From an uncultured Chloroflexia bacterium (GTDB taxonomy: Bacteria; Chloroflexota; Limnocylindria; Limnocylindrales; CSP1-4), in assembly GCA_963814125.1 (NCBI GenBank), contig CAWFBR010000007.1, positions 18,506-82,505 on the forward strand: 64,000 bases of DNA. Direction: 5' to 3'. Of the stretch, positions 9,588-19,013 are shown in pieces. A program made the position numbers and the translations under genes. The notes under the pieces were generated by a model. The model was not told where the DNA came from. It ran no database searches and saw only the letters and a list, made by a program, of their open reading frames with translations. Each line of letters starts with the position of its first letter. The first letter of the stretch is position 1.

Positions 9588-9872
9588 TCAGACATGCCTA
9601 TGCAAAGGGTCGGTGTCCCCCGCGGCCTCCGGTGCGTCTGGCTCTCGCGGCCGCTCCTCCCAGCCCATCTCCTCCGCCTCATGCTTGGCGAGGTTGAGGT
9701 GCACCACCTCGTGCTCGACATTGGCGATCGCGGACGCCGGGATATAGAGGGGGGCGGCGAGCATGCCTCTCGACGCGAGCACGTAGTTCTGGCCCACGGC
9801 ATGTACGGAACCGAGAGGGCGGCCGTCATTCCCGACGATGGCCCAACCAGCCTTCAGGTCCGTCATGCGCAT
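9588..9872 (-). CDS. DUF2171/PRC-barrel-like protein
   Basis: GWAIVGNDG..LGSV...LYIPASAIANV; GGAGG RBS. Confidence 0.7.
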   Translation of the reverse strand: MRMTDLKAGWAIVGNDGRPLGSVHAVGQNYVLASRGMLAAPLYIPASAIANVEHEVVHLNLAKHEAEEMGWEERPREPDAPEAAGDTDPLHRHV

Positions 9873-10069
9873 TGGCTATCGACCTCCGTCGGGTTCAACA
9901 GTGTCTACTCTAGTTGAACCGCGGTGGCCCGTCGCCACGGACCCAAGCTGCTCGTGGCGACTCCAGATACGTGGAGACACGCCGACACCCTCAACGAGGG
10001 CCGAGCCAATCGCCGTGCTGCCGGTCCAGTCGCTGCTAGCGGTGCGGGGTACGAACGGTCGGAGTCAGC

Positions 10070-12883
10070 ATGAGTTCCCGTAATCAACGGCCGCGGCCGG
10101 AAGGCCCGGGCGCCGCTCGCCGGAACCGTGAGCGCGCGGCGACCGATGCGATCGAAGGGCCCCAGCCCGGCTCCGACAGGCTGCAGGAGGCCTTCGTCGC
10201 CGACATGGACGACGGCGTCGCCTTCCACAGCGCGATTCGGGACGAAACCGGGCGCATCGTCGACTTTCGGGTCGAGTACGTCAACGAGGCCTTCTGTCGG
10301 ATGGTCAGACTGGCGCACGACCGGCTCGTCGGACATCGGGTCCTCGAGCTGTTCCCGACCCAGCGGGCCAAGGGAATCTTCGACATGTGCGTGCAGGTCG
10401 CCGAGACAGGCCAACCCAGCACTCGGGACTCGCTGAGGGACCAGCAGGGCCTGGGCTGGACCGACCCCGATGGCCACGCTCCGAGTGTCGACATCAGGGT
10501 CAGCAAACTCGGCGATGGCTGCGCGGTGAGAGTTCGCGACACCACAGCCCGACAACGTGCCGAGGACGAGCTGTTCGCGTCGCAGGAGATGCTGCGGTCG
10601 GTCCTCGACACCTTCCCTCAGCGCGTGTTCTGGAAGGACGAGGATTTTATCTTTGTCGGCTGCAACGCCGCCTTCGCCCGGAACGTTCACCTGGCGGATC
10701 CGTCTGAGATCGTAGGCAAGACCGACTTCGACATCCACCCGGTCGCCGACGCCGAGCTGTATCGCGCCGATGACAGGGAGATCATGCGAACTGGCACGCC
10801 GAGGATCGAGTACGAAGAGCCGATGACCCGCGCGGACGGCACGGAAGGCTGGGCGAGGACGAGCAAAGTCCCCATCAGGGACAAGGACGGCCGGGTCGTC
10901 GGCCTCCTCGGGACCTACCAGGACATCACCGACCAGAAGCGAGCGGCGGAAGCGCTCCGGGAGAGCGAGCAATTCCTGGACAGCATCATCGAGAACATCC
11001 CGGTCATGGTTTTCGTGAAGGATGCCGAGACCTTCCGTTTCGTCCGCCTCAACAAGGCCGGGGAGAGGATGCTCGGCTCCACGCGGGAGCGCCTTGTCGA
11101 TCAAGACAGCTCGGGGCTGGTGCCGCCGGATGAGGACGAGCACTTCCTCTCGTTCGATCGGCTCGTCGCCACCACCGGCCAGGTTGTGGAGATCCCGGAG
11201 GAGACCATCACCACTCCACAGCAGGGCGTAATCGTCATGCACACTATCAAGGTCCCCATCTTCGGCGACGACGGCAAACCGCGGTACGTGCTGGGGATCT
11301 CGGAGGACATCACCGCTCGCAAAGCAGCCGAACAGGGGCGCCGTGAGAGCGAAGAACGCTACCGTCACATCATCGAGTCGATCACCAACTACATAGTCAG
11401 CGTTCGGATCGAGCACGGGGTACCGGTTGGCGTCAATCACGGACAGGGCTCCGTCGCGGTCACCGGCTACACGCCCGAAGAGCTGAACGCCGATCCCGAG
11501 CTTTGGGACAGCCTGGTGGTTGCAGAGGATCGCGAACTCGTTGAGGAGAGCATGCGGCGTGTCCTGACCGGCGTGCCGATCGCGCCGGTCGAGCATCGGC
11601 TTCGCCGTAAGGACGGAGTGGTTCGCTGGGTCCGCCAGACGTTCGTACTTCGTTTCGACGCGGACGGCAGTGTGACCTCCTACGACGGACTCATCCAGGA
11701 CATAACGGAACCACGCACCCTGCAGGGCCAGCTGCTCCAGGCCCAGAAGATGGAGGGGATCGGCCGCCTGGCCGGAGGCGTGGCCCACGACTTCAACAAT
11801 CTCCTCACGGCGATCCTGGGCTATGTCGAAATGTGCCGCCAGGACCTGCCGCCAGAACTGCCGACCGACCATCCTGCCCGGCTCGACCTCCAGGAAGTGG
11901 CCGGTGCCGGAGAGCGGGCCGCCGGCCTGACCAGGCAGCTGCTGGCATTCGCCAGCCGCCAGATCGTTGCGCCCGTGCGACTGGACCTCAGCGCGTCGGT
12001 GAGCGACTCGATGAAGATGCTCCAGCGGTTGGTTGGGGACGACATCGAAATCGAGACCGCTCTCGCGTCCGACTTGCGGATCGTTTTGGCGGACCCGGGC
12101 CAGATTCAGCAGCTGCTCGTGAACCTCACCGTCAACGCCCGCGACGCGATGCCGGGCGGCGGCCGTCTGCTGATCGAAGCCGCCAACGAGCTGATCGACG
12201 CGGGATCCGCCATTGCGCATTCCGGTGCGGTGCCGGGGCCGCATGTCCTCCTGACCGTGACCGACACAGGCGAAGGGATGACCGAGGAGGTCCGCTCTCG
12301 CCTGTTCGAACCGTTCTTCACGACCAAGGAACTGGGCAAAGGGACGGGACTTGGCCTGGCGACATGCCATGGAATCGTGAGGCAACTGTCAGGCCATATC
12401 GAGGTCTACTCGGAGCCGGGCCAAGGGACGATGTTCCGAATCTACCTGCCCAGCGTCGACGGCCCGGCCGATCGTCGAGCCGATACATCGTTGGTCCCTC
12501 CGGCCTCCAACGGCACCGAGAGCGTGCTCGTCGTCGAGGATGAGCCCCGGGTCCGCCGGCTGGCAGTGCTCGGCCTGCGCGCTCGCGGGTACAGCGTTCT
12601 CGAGGCGGCCAACGGAGCCGAGGCGATCCGGGTCGCGCTTGGAGTCGGCAACACCATCGATCTGGTCGTTAGCGACGTCATGATGCCCGGCATGAGCGGC
12701 CCCGAACTCGTCCGGGAACTCTCCGCAATCGCTCCGCGGGCGCGGGCTCTGCTGATGTCCGGCCATGCGGACGCCGCACTCCTGGATGAGGTACCCGATC
12801 TTCGCCAGGCCTTCCTTCCCAAGCCGTACACGCCGGAGCGACTCGCTCGCAAGGTCCGCGAAGTCCTGGACGCGCCGGCTTAG
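10070..12883 (+). CDS. Cytoplasmic multi-PAS hybrid sensor histidine kinase/response regulator (CckA-like architecture)
   Basis: About 4 PAS/PAC domains; QKMEGIGRLAGGVAHDFNNLL H-box; FTTKELGKGTGLGLA; receiver VLVVEDE...DVMMPG...KP. Confidence 0.95.
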   Translation: MSSRNQRPRPEGPGAARRNRERAATDAIEGPQPGSDRLQEAFVADMDDGVAFHSAIRDETGRIVDFRVEYVNEAFCRMVRLAHDRLVGHRVLELFPTQRAKGIFDMCVQVAETGQPSTRDSLRDQQGLGWTDPDGHAPSVDIRVSKLGDGCAVRVRDTTARQRAEDELFASQEMLRSVLDTFPQRVFWKDEDFIFVGCNAAFARNVHLADPSEIVGKTDFDIHPVADAELYRADDREIMRTGTPRIEYEEPMTRADGTEGWARTSKVPIRDKDGRVVGLLGTYQDITDQKRAAEALRESEQFLDSIIENIPVMVFVKDAETFRFVRLNKAGERMLGSTRERLVDQDSSGLVPPDEDEHFLSFDRLVATTGQVVEIPEETITTPQQGVIVMHTIKVPIFGDDGKPRYVLGISEDITARKAAEQGRRESEERYRHIIESITNYIVSVRIEHGVPVGVNHGQGSVAVTGYTPEELNADPELWDSLVVAEDRELVEESMRRVLTGVPIAPVEHRLRRKDGVVRWVRQTFVLRFDADGSVTSYDGLIQDITEPRTLQGQLLQAQKMEGIGRLAGGVAHDFNNLLTAILGYVEMCRQDLPPELPTDHPARLDLQEVAGAGERAAGLTRQLLAFASRQIVAPVRLDLSASVSDSMKMLQRLVGDDIEIETALASDLRIVLADPGQIQQLLVNLTVNARDAMPGGGRLLIEAANELIDAGSAIAHSGAVPGPHVLLTVTDTGEGMTEEVRSRLFEPFFTTKELGKGTGLGLATCHGIVRQLSGHIEVYSEPGQGTMFRIYLPSVDGPADRRADTSLVPPASNGTESVLVVEDEPRVRRLAVLGLRARGYSVLEAANGAEAIRVALGVGNTIDLVVSDVMMPGMSGPELVRELSAIAPRARALLMSGHADAALLDEVPDLRQAFLPKPYTPERLARKVREVLDAPA

Positions 12884-12935
12884 GGGGTCGGGCAGCTTCC
12901 CGGGGCGCCGCGCCCCACGTCCGCTCCGAGGTCTT

Positions 12936-13430
12936 CTAGCGCCCGGTCAATTGCTCTGACGCCGCGCCTCGGGAGTCCGCGGTACGCTCCGCTAGCGTGG
13001 CGACGGGCTGGTCTTCCGGCAGAGCGCCCACGGTAAGCAGGATGTTCGCCCACCAGCGCTGATCGCCGCTGACGATGACGAGGGCCAGGTCGGTAGAGCT
13101 GGTGGCGGCGTAGAAGTCGAAGCGCGGAAGGTGTGTTACAGGGGTCTCGGGTCCGAGCATTCCCGCCACCTCGCTCTGGACGGGCGGCAGGCTGCCGTCC
13201 TCGGGCTCCATGAACGCGACGCTCTCGATCGGCAGCACGGGCATCAGCGCGGCCAGGATCTCGGTAACGCTGACGATGCCCGGGCACAAGTTCAGGTAGA
13301 CGCGGCGGGCGCGAGGGTTCGGTGCGGTCAGGCTCGGGTAGTTGCCGTCGCTGATCAGGACCAGCGAGCCGTGGCCGGCCGACCCGATGCTCTCGAGGAT
13401 CTGGGGGTGGATTAGGCTTGTTCGAAGCAT
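12936..13430 (-). CDS. RbsD/FucU-family sugar mutarotase/pyranase
   Basis: GHGSLVLISDGNYP, RFDFY, SGDQRWWANILL motifs. Confidence 0.9.
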   Translation of the reverse strand: MLRTSLIHPQILESIGSAGHGSLVLISDGNYPSLTAPNPRARRVYLNLCPGIVSVTEILAALMPVLPIESVAFMEPEDGSLPPVQSEVAGMLGPETPVTHLPRFDFYAATSSTDLALVIVSGDQRWWANILLTVGALPEDQPVATLAERTADSRGAASEQLTGR

Positions 13431-13472
13431 CGAGCGTCCCTCCTGCGACATCCACGGGGCATAAACAGGCGT

Positions 13473-14333
13473 CTAGAAACCCCTCAATTGTGTACTGGTC
13501 CGGCGCGGCAGCCCGGGGTGGGGCCGTCGCCTGAGAACGACGTAGTCCAGGCCGCGAGCACGGCAGAAGTCGCGCTTTTCCGGCTCATCGCCATCCTCGT
13601 TGACCACGTACGTCTGCGGCGCGATCGAAGCGATCTCGGGCTCCGCGTCCATCCATCCGCTCCCGGTGGAGATGAGCGCCCGGTGGACCTGGCGGACAGC
13701 CTGGACCATATAACGCCGCTCGTCCTGGCCGTGAAACGGGTGCCCGTCGCCCTTGAGCAGGCGTACGTTTCGGTCGCTTCCAACGACCACGTACAGTTCC
13801 CCCATCGAGGCGGCCTCCCGGAAGAACTCCACATGGCCCGAGTGCAGCCAATCGAAACACCCCGTGACGATCACGCGTGGTTCTCGCGGCGAACTGACGC
13901 CGACCTCAATATGGGCGCCGGCCTCCACGGAGGCCGGGAAGATGCGCAGCTGATCGGAGCCGAGCTCTAGGTATGGAATGGCTGCCCTCTCGCAGCCACG
14001 TCGAATGGCGTCTGTGCCGGCGTCCTCTGCTGCGACGACCGCGCCGGGGCGAGCGCCCTGAACGGGCTGCGTAGCTGCCTCCAGCGACGAGACGAGACTT
14101 ACGCTTTCTACGTACCGTATGTTCTCGAGGAAGAAGCGCCGCTCAGCCTCGGGGAAGTCCGGCTTCCGGCCGGCAGTGGACTCGATCAGGTCGTCGGTCC
14201 ACAGCCTGACGTGCACCTTCCCGGAACGTGCCGCTTCTTCGAGCAGGCGCACGTCGACTGACCGGAGATCCTGGAAGCCGGCGCAGACGACCACGGGACT
14301 CCGGGCATCCAGGCTGGCTGATGGAATTGGCAT
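13473..14333 (-). CDS. Tandem cytidylyltransferase-like (HIGH superfamily) sugar-1-phosphate nucleotidyltransferase
   Basis: C-terminal TGCFDWLHSGH...ERRYMVQAVR...RTST domain; degenerate N-terminal copy (AGFQDLRSVD...ERRFFLENIRYV). Confidence 0.85.
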   Translation of the reverse strand: MPIPSASLDARSPVVVCAGFQDLRSVDVRLLEEAARSGKVHVRLWTDDLIESTAGRKPDFPEAERRFFLENIRYVESVSLVSSLEAATQPVQGARPGAVVAAEDAGTDAIRRGCERAAIPYLELGSDQLRIFPASVEAGAHIEVGVSSPREPRVIVTGCFDWLHSGHVEFFREAASMGELYVVVGSDRNVRLLKGDGHPFHGQDERRYMVQAVRQVHRALISTGSGWMDAEPEIASIAPQTYVVNEDGDEPEKRDFCRARGLDYVVLRRRPHPGLPRRTSTQLRGF

Positions 14334-14334
14334 C

Positions 14335-15195
14335 TCAGGCTCGAACACTGACCCTAAATGACCCGGGCACATCCTCCTCCGACGCGACGACGAGGTAGCC
14401 TCCACCGCAGCCGGAGAACATCGCGCCCGGATACGCCGACTGATATGCCGTGAGTATCTTCTTCAGGTCGAGCTTGATCGTCGGGTGGGCGAGCGTGTCG
14501 GGCAGGATCTGGTCCCAGGCCGTCGAGCATTCGACCATCGAGGCGCCGAGCGCCGCGACGTCGTTGCGCACGATCGCGTCGTAGCAGTCCCAACCGCTCC
14601 GCCCCAGCCGCCGGATCCACCCCGGATCGAGCCGCCTAGTGCCGAGCGGAGCGTAGCCCGGTGGGCGGGGCCCAACGGGGATCAGATGGAGCACTCGCTC
14701 CAGCCAGCCAATGGTCGCGTGGTCCGAGGTGGACTCGATGTGGCATGGGAAGTAGCCGTCGTCTACCGCGGCGTCGTAATCGAGCCGGCTAATGCCGGGC
14801 ACGATCAGCCCAATCATGTCCTGCGAGCCGGACGGCTCGGCGAGCGTCTTGTTCTCGGCCTCGTACAACTCGCGAATGAGGTCGGCGGGATCGCCGTCCG
14901 GAAGCGTGGCGCCCCAGAGAGCTTGGGCCGCTAGCCGTGTGCCCGTCGCCATGCCGCTGCGGTCCATGAACCGGACCGTCGGTTCCAGCGAAACCACAAC
15001 CATCGAGCCGGGCGGCTCGGGGTTGCGCGACGACACGAAGGGCTGGTCGATCCAGCCTCCTGCGAGGGCGAGACGATACGGCCATCCGCCGATGACGTCA
15101 CGGAGAGTTGGGAGGTCAGGTTTCGGCCGGCGCGGGAAGGGGGACGCGCCGGCCGAAACCTGTGAGGGGTTTTGCCGGGCCGAGGGCAAGTCCAT
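14335..15195 (-). CDS. GHMP-family sugar kinase (L-fucokinase/HddA-like)
   Basis: PYRLALAGGWID, SGMATGT, SGSQD, FSGCGGG motifs. Confidence 0.75.
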   Translation of the reverse strand: MDLPSARQNPSQVSAGASPFPRRPKPDLPTLRDVIGGWPYRLALAGGWIDQPFVSSRNPEPPGSMVVVSLEPTVRFMDRSGMATGTRLAAQALWGATLPDGDPADLIRELYEAENKTLAEPSGSQDMIGLIVPGISRLDYDAAVDDGYFPCHIESTSDHATIGWLERVLHLIPVGPRPPGYAPLGTRRLDPGWIRRLGRSGWDCYDAIVRNDVAALGASMVECSTAWDQILPDTLAHPTIKLDLKKILTAYQSAYPGAMFSGCGGGYLVVASEEDVPGSFRVSVRA

Positions 15196-15198
15196 CGA

Positions 15199-16257
15199 TC
15201 AGCCCACTGCCACGGTCTGCCCAGCCTTCCGCGCCGCATATTCGCCGGCGATCCACTTGTACGTGGCCGCCATGCCTTCGCGAAGCGGAGTGCGCGGTTC
15301 CCAGCCGAGGACACTCTCGATGAACGTGTTGTCGCTGTTGCGGCCTGCGACGCCCTTCGGTGCGTCGAGCTGGTAGTGACGCTCGAGTTCGATGCCGGCG
15401 ATCTCCTCGACGATCGAGACGAGTTCGTTGATCGACACCAGCTCGCTCGAGCCGAGGTTGATCGGCGTGGCGATCAGGTCCTTGGAGTGCATGATCTTGT
15501 CGATGCCGACGATGCAGTCGTCGATATAGCAGAAGCTCCGCGTTTGCGTCCCATCGCCCCAGATATCGATCTTGTGGACGCCCGAATCAAGCGCCTCGAT
15601 GACCTTCCGGCACATCGCCGCCGGAGCCTTCTCGCGGCCACCGTCCCAGGTCCCGTACGATCCATAGATGTTGTGGAACCGGGCGATGTGGGTCTCGAGA
15701 CCGCGCTCCGCCCAGTACTCCTGGCAGAACATCTCGGAGATCAGCTTCTCCCAGCCGTAGCCGCGTTCCGCCATCGCCGGGTACGCATCCGACTCCTTGA
15801 GGGCGACGACCTCCGGGCTCTTCTGCAGGTCGGTGTTGTACGCACAGGCCGAGGACGAGAAGAAGTAGCGCCTGGCGCCGGCGCGGTAGGAAGCCTCGAT
15901 CATGTTCGTATTGATGAGGACGCTCCGAAGGCATTCGACGCGGAAGCGCTCGATGAAGCCCATCCCGCCCATGTCGGCGGCGAGGTTGTACACCTCAGTC
16001 GCGCCCTCCACGGCGTGGATCGCGTTCCGCTCCTTGCTGAGGTCCATCGAGATGCATTCGACGCCCGGGACTCGCTGGTACCACTCAGGCAACGGCTTGC
16101 GATCGATCGCACGGATCCGTCGATAGCCCAGGTTGTGGAAGTAGCGAGCAAGGGAGCCGGCGATGAATCCACCGGCGCCCGAGATCACGATCAGGTCGTC
16201 GGGACTCGTGTCGCGGGCAACGTCCGCTCCGAGGATCGCGCCAGCGCCATCGCCCAT
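15199..16257 (-). CDS. NAD-dependent epimerase, GDP-mannose 3',5'-epimerase (GME)-like
   Basis: GAGGFIA, NLAADMGGMGFI, SSSACAY, YGWEK, RFHNIYG..GTWDGGREKAPAAMCRKV, WGDGTQTRSF; motifs match plant GME closely. Confidence 0.9.
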   Translation of the reverse strand: MGDGAGAILGADVARDTSPDDLIVISGAGGFIAGSLARYFHNLGYRRIRAIDRKPLPEWYQRVPGVECISMDLSKERNAIHAVEGATEVYNLAADMGGMGFIERFRVECLRSVLINTNMIEASYRAGARRYFFSSSACAYNTDLQKSPEVVALKESDAYPAMAERGYGWEKLISEMFCQEYWAERGLETHIARFHNIYGSYGTWDGGREKAPAAMCRKVIEALDSGVHKIDIWGDGTQTRSFCYIDDCIVGIDKIMHSKDLIATPINLGSSELVSINELVSIVEEIAGIELERHYQLDAPKGVAGRNSDNTFIESVLGWEPRTPLREGMAATYKWIAGEYAARKAGQTVAVG

Positions 16258-16404
16258 GTTCAGTACCGCCTTTCGTGTCGCCGTGACGCCGGCTCGCGGT
16301 CGTACCTCTCGTCCATATCCGAGGTAGGAGGTTTCGCCGGCGCGGTTCGTTATCTGCAGACGTTCCCGGCGACTTCGCGGAAGTGCGCACTCCGGGCGAC
16401 GTGC

Positions 16405-16433
16405 TGGTATCGTTATCTGTGGTAACGGTACCA
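16405..16433. promoter_or_regulatory. Tandem LacI-type operators between the GME operon and lacI
   Basis: TGGTATCGTTATCT (16405) and TGGTAACGGTACCA (16420); central CG; 17-mer 16417-16433 identical to 21309-21325. Confidence 0.8.
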
Positions 16434-16723
16434 CCTGACGGCAAGATAGCAGAGCGAGCCACGTCAGGCAAGCGGTAGTTCCGGAGGCCTGTCACGGCGA
16501 CGAGGGCCGGTGCGCCGTCCGACGCCGCCACCACCCGCACGTCCGAACCGCCACCACCCGCAGTGTCGTTTCGGCATTCTCCAGTCGGGGAAGATAGGTA
16601 CCATCTCAACGGACACGCGACGAAGCCTCCCCTGTGCGCCAGGGTAACCTCCATCTGGCGAGCAGCCGCCAGGCACGGCGGAGCCTTACGTCGGGCTATC
16701 GATTTGGACTGGATACTGACCTG

Positions 16724-17740
16724 ATGGCAACCATCACTGAAGTCGCACAGCGCGCGGGCGTGTCGGCCATGACCGTCTCTCGCGTCGTCAACCGATCCGG
16801 CTACGCCAGCCCCGCGACGCGGGCGAAAGTCGAGCAGGCAATTGAGCAGCTTGGGTACGTTCCGAACGCCGTTGCCCGCCAGCTGCGTTCAAAGCGGAGC
16901 CACACGATCGCCCTGGTCGTGTCGGACATCACGAACCCCTTCTTCACGACCATCGCCCGCGGCGTCGAGGATGCGGCGGCCGCGCGCGGCTACGCTGTGA
17001 TGTTCGCCAATACGGATGAGTCGGAACGCGAGGAGATCGACTACCTTCGGATGCTCGCGCAGCGCCAGATCGACGGGGTCCTTCTTGTCCCTGCCGGGAA
17101 TTCCGCGGCGCCGTTCCGACTGCTGCAGCGCCAGGGGATCCCGGTTGTTGTGATCGACCGCCGCGTGGTCGCTCGCAAGGTCGACGAGGTCCGGTGCGAC
17201 TCCGAAGCGGGTGCCTACGAGTTGGTGCGCCACCTCATCGAGCTCGGACACACCCGCATCGCGGTCATCACCGGTCGACGGAACATCTCGACGTCCACCG
17301 ACCGGGTTGTAGGGTATGAACGAGCGCTCCAAGAAGCCGGGTTGCCGGTGTTGCCTGATCTCGTGACATACGACAGCTTCAGTCTCGAGGGCGGCTACCG
17401 GCAGGTGAACCAGATCCTGGCGAACAGGCCCAGGCCGACGGCGATATTCGCGACCAACAACTTCCTCGCCTTCGGGGCGCTGCGCGCCCTGCGCGAAGCG
17501 GGCTTGCGAATACCCGATGACGTCTCGCTCGTGACCTTCGACGATCTGCCGGCCGAGTGGCACGACGATCCCTTCATCACGGTCCTGGCCCAGCCCGCCT
17601 ACGAGCTCGGGCGTCATGCAACCGAATTGCTGTTGGATCGGCTCGCTGGTGGGCCCCGGACCAAACGGCAGGTCATCGTGCTGCCCGGCGAGCTCATCAC
17701 CCGCAGATCCAGCGGCCCGCCGCCCACCTCCCCAGTCTGA
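16724..17740 (+). CDS. LacI-family transcriptional regulator
   Basis: TITEVAQRAGVSAMTVSRVVN HTH; YVPNAVARQL; periplasmic-binding-protein-like C-terminus. Confidence 0.97.
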   Translation: MATITEVAQRAGVSAMTVSRVVNRSGYASPATRAKVEQAIEQLGYVPNAVARQLRSKRSHTIALVVSDITNPFFTTIARGVEDAAAARGYAVMFANTDESEREEIDYLRMLAQRQIDGVLLVPAGNSAAPFRLLQRQGIPVVVIDRRVVARKVDEVRCDSEAGAYELVRHLIELGHTRIAVITGRRNISTSTDRVVGYERALQEAGLPVLPDLVTYDSFSLEGGYRQVNQILANRPRPTAIFATNNFLAFGALRALREAGLRIPDDVSLVTFDDLPAEWHDDPFITVLAQPAYELGRHATELLLDRLAGGPRTKRQVIVLPGELITRRSSGPPPTSPV

Positions 17741-17762
17741 CCGTCCGACCCGCCGGGCACTT

Positions 17763-18998
17763 TCAGAATCGACGGACGCTCGGGTCGGAACCGCGACCAT
17801 GGTCCGAAGCCACAACCTCCGGTGGTTCGACGCTGGAGAGCCGACCGAAATGCGGTTCCGATGCGAACCGTCGCCCGGAACCCGGGATGAGCAGCGCCGC
17901 CAGGAGCAACACCGAGACCGCGCCGAGCACTGCCGATATCGTGTAGAGGGCCCGGATCGAGAGAATGCCCGCCAGCTCCCCGCCGAGCCCGGCTCCGATG
18001 ATCGCAGCCAGACTGGACACCGTGGCGTACAGAAGGCCCTGAGCCGTGGCCGCAGTTCCCTGGGGCGCCTCCCGCGAGACGTAGGCGGCGCTGCCGACAA
18101 GCAGGAGGCCATAACCCAGGCCTTGCAGCAGGGAGAAGCCAACGAGCAGGTCCGGCGACGTGAATGCGGCGTTCGCGATCTGGCGGCCGACGATGATGGC
18201 CATTCCGATCACGATCAGGCGTTCAGTTCCATACCGGCGAGCCAGCAGTGGAAACAGAACCATTGCCGGCACCTCGAGCAGTGTCTGGCAGCTCCAGAGA
18301 TAGCCGACCTCGTTGCTGGAGGCCCCCTGGTTCCGCAGGTAGATCGAGATGAACGGGCTTTGCATCGACATCGCTATGAAGCCCACCAGCGCGGCCGCCA
18401 GGAAATACAGGATCGGTCGATGGGAAAGCACCACGCGCGTGGCGTTGCCCGCGCCAATGGGTCTGATGGCGCTGGATCTGGTCGGCAAGAGCAACGTCGA
18501 CAGACCCGCGAGGGCCATCGCCGGGATCATGATCCAGAACAGACCGGCGTAGTTTTGACCGATCCACCAGCCCACGAGCGGCGTAGACACCATGAAGCCG
18601 AGCGAGCCGAAGACCCGGACGCTCGCGAAACGCGACCGATCCGAGGCCGTCATGTGCAGGATCCGGACGTCGATCATCGGTTGAAGCCCCGATAGTCCGC
18701 CGGCGAACAAGCAGATGGCGGGGAGCAGCCACAGGCTGGCGCCCGATGCCCCCATTGCCAGCCCGCCGGTCGCGGTTACCAGTCCGGCCAGGACGATGAG
18801 CGTCCTCGATCCGGGGTTGCGGTCGTGGAGCAAGCCCCAGAGTGGCGCTGCGAGGAGGGCGACCAGCGACATGGATCCCGTCAGGAGGCCGATGTCGGCG
18901 AGGGTGATGCCGATGCTGTTGTAGTAGAGCTGCAGATATGGCGCGTAGGCCCCCACCCCAAACGCCATGACGAAGTAGGAGAATCGAGCTCGATTCAA
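17763..18998 (-). CDS. MFS transporter (MFS_1_like)
   Basis: About 12 TM; PLWGLLHDR, RVFGSLGF, ATAQGLL motifs; directly downstream of GH127. Confidence 0.88.
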   Translation of the reverse strand: MNRARFSYFVMAFGVGAYAPYLQLYYNSIGITLADIGLLTGSMSLVALLAAPLWGLLHDRNPGSRTLIVLAGLVTATGGLAMGASGASLWLLPAICLFAGGLSGLQPMIDVRILHMTASDRSRFASVRVFGSLGFMVSTPLVGWWIGQNYAGLFWIMIPAMALAGLSTLLLPTRSSAIRPIGAGNATRVVLSHRPILYFLAAALVGFIAMSMQSPFISIYLRNQGASSNEVGYLWSCQTLLEVPAMVLFPLLARRYGTERLIVIGMAIIVGRQIANAAFTSPDLLVGFSLLQGLGYGLLLVGSAAYVSREAPQGTAATAQGLLYATVSSLAAIIGAGLGGELAGILSIRALYTISAVLGAVSVLLLAALLIPGSGRRFASEPHFGRLSSVEPPEVVASDHGRGSDPSVRRF

Positions 18999-19013
18999 CC
19001 AGTCACTCCAAGG

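Noticed and set aside
9905-12385. 826-aa reverse-strand ORF and similar long shadow ORFs (27903-30014, 33891-36200, 44017-45624)
   Set aside because: Antisense to well-supported genes; expected in high-GC DNA; no motifs.
12936-16257. LPS/capsule heptose biosynthesis (HddA/HldE) or ascorbate pathway
   Set aside because: No GmhA/GmhB, glycosyltransferases or downstream ascorbate enzymes in the locus; a mutarotase and a shared LacI operator favour utilisation. Not fully excluded.
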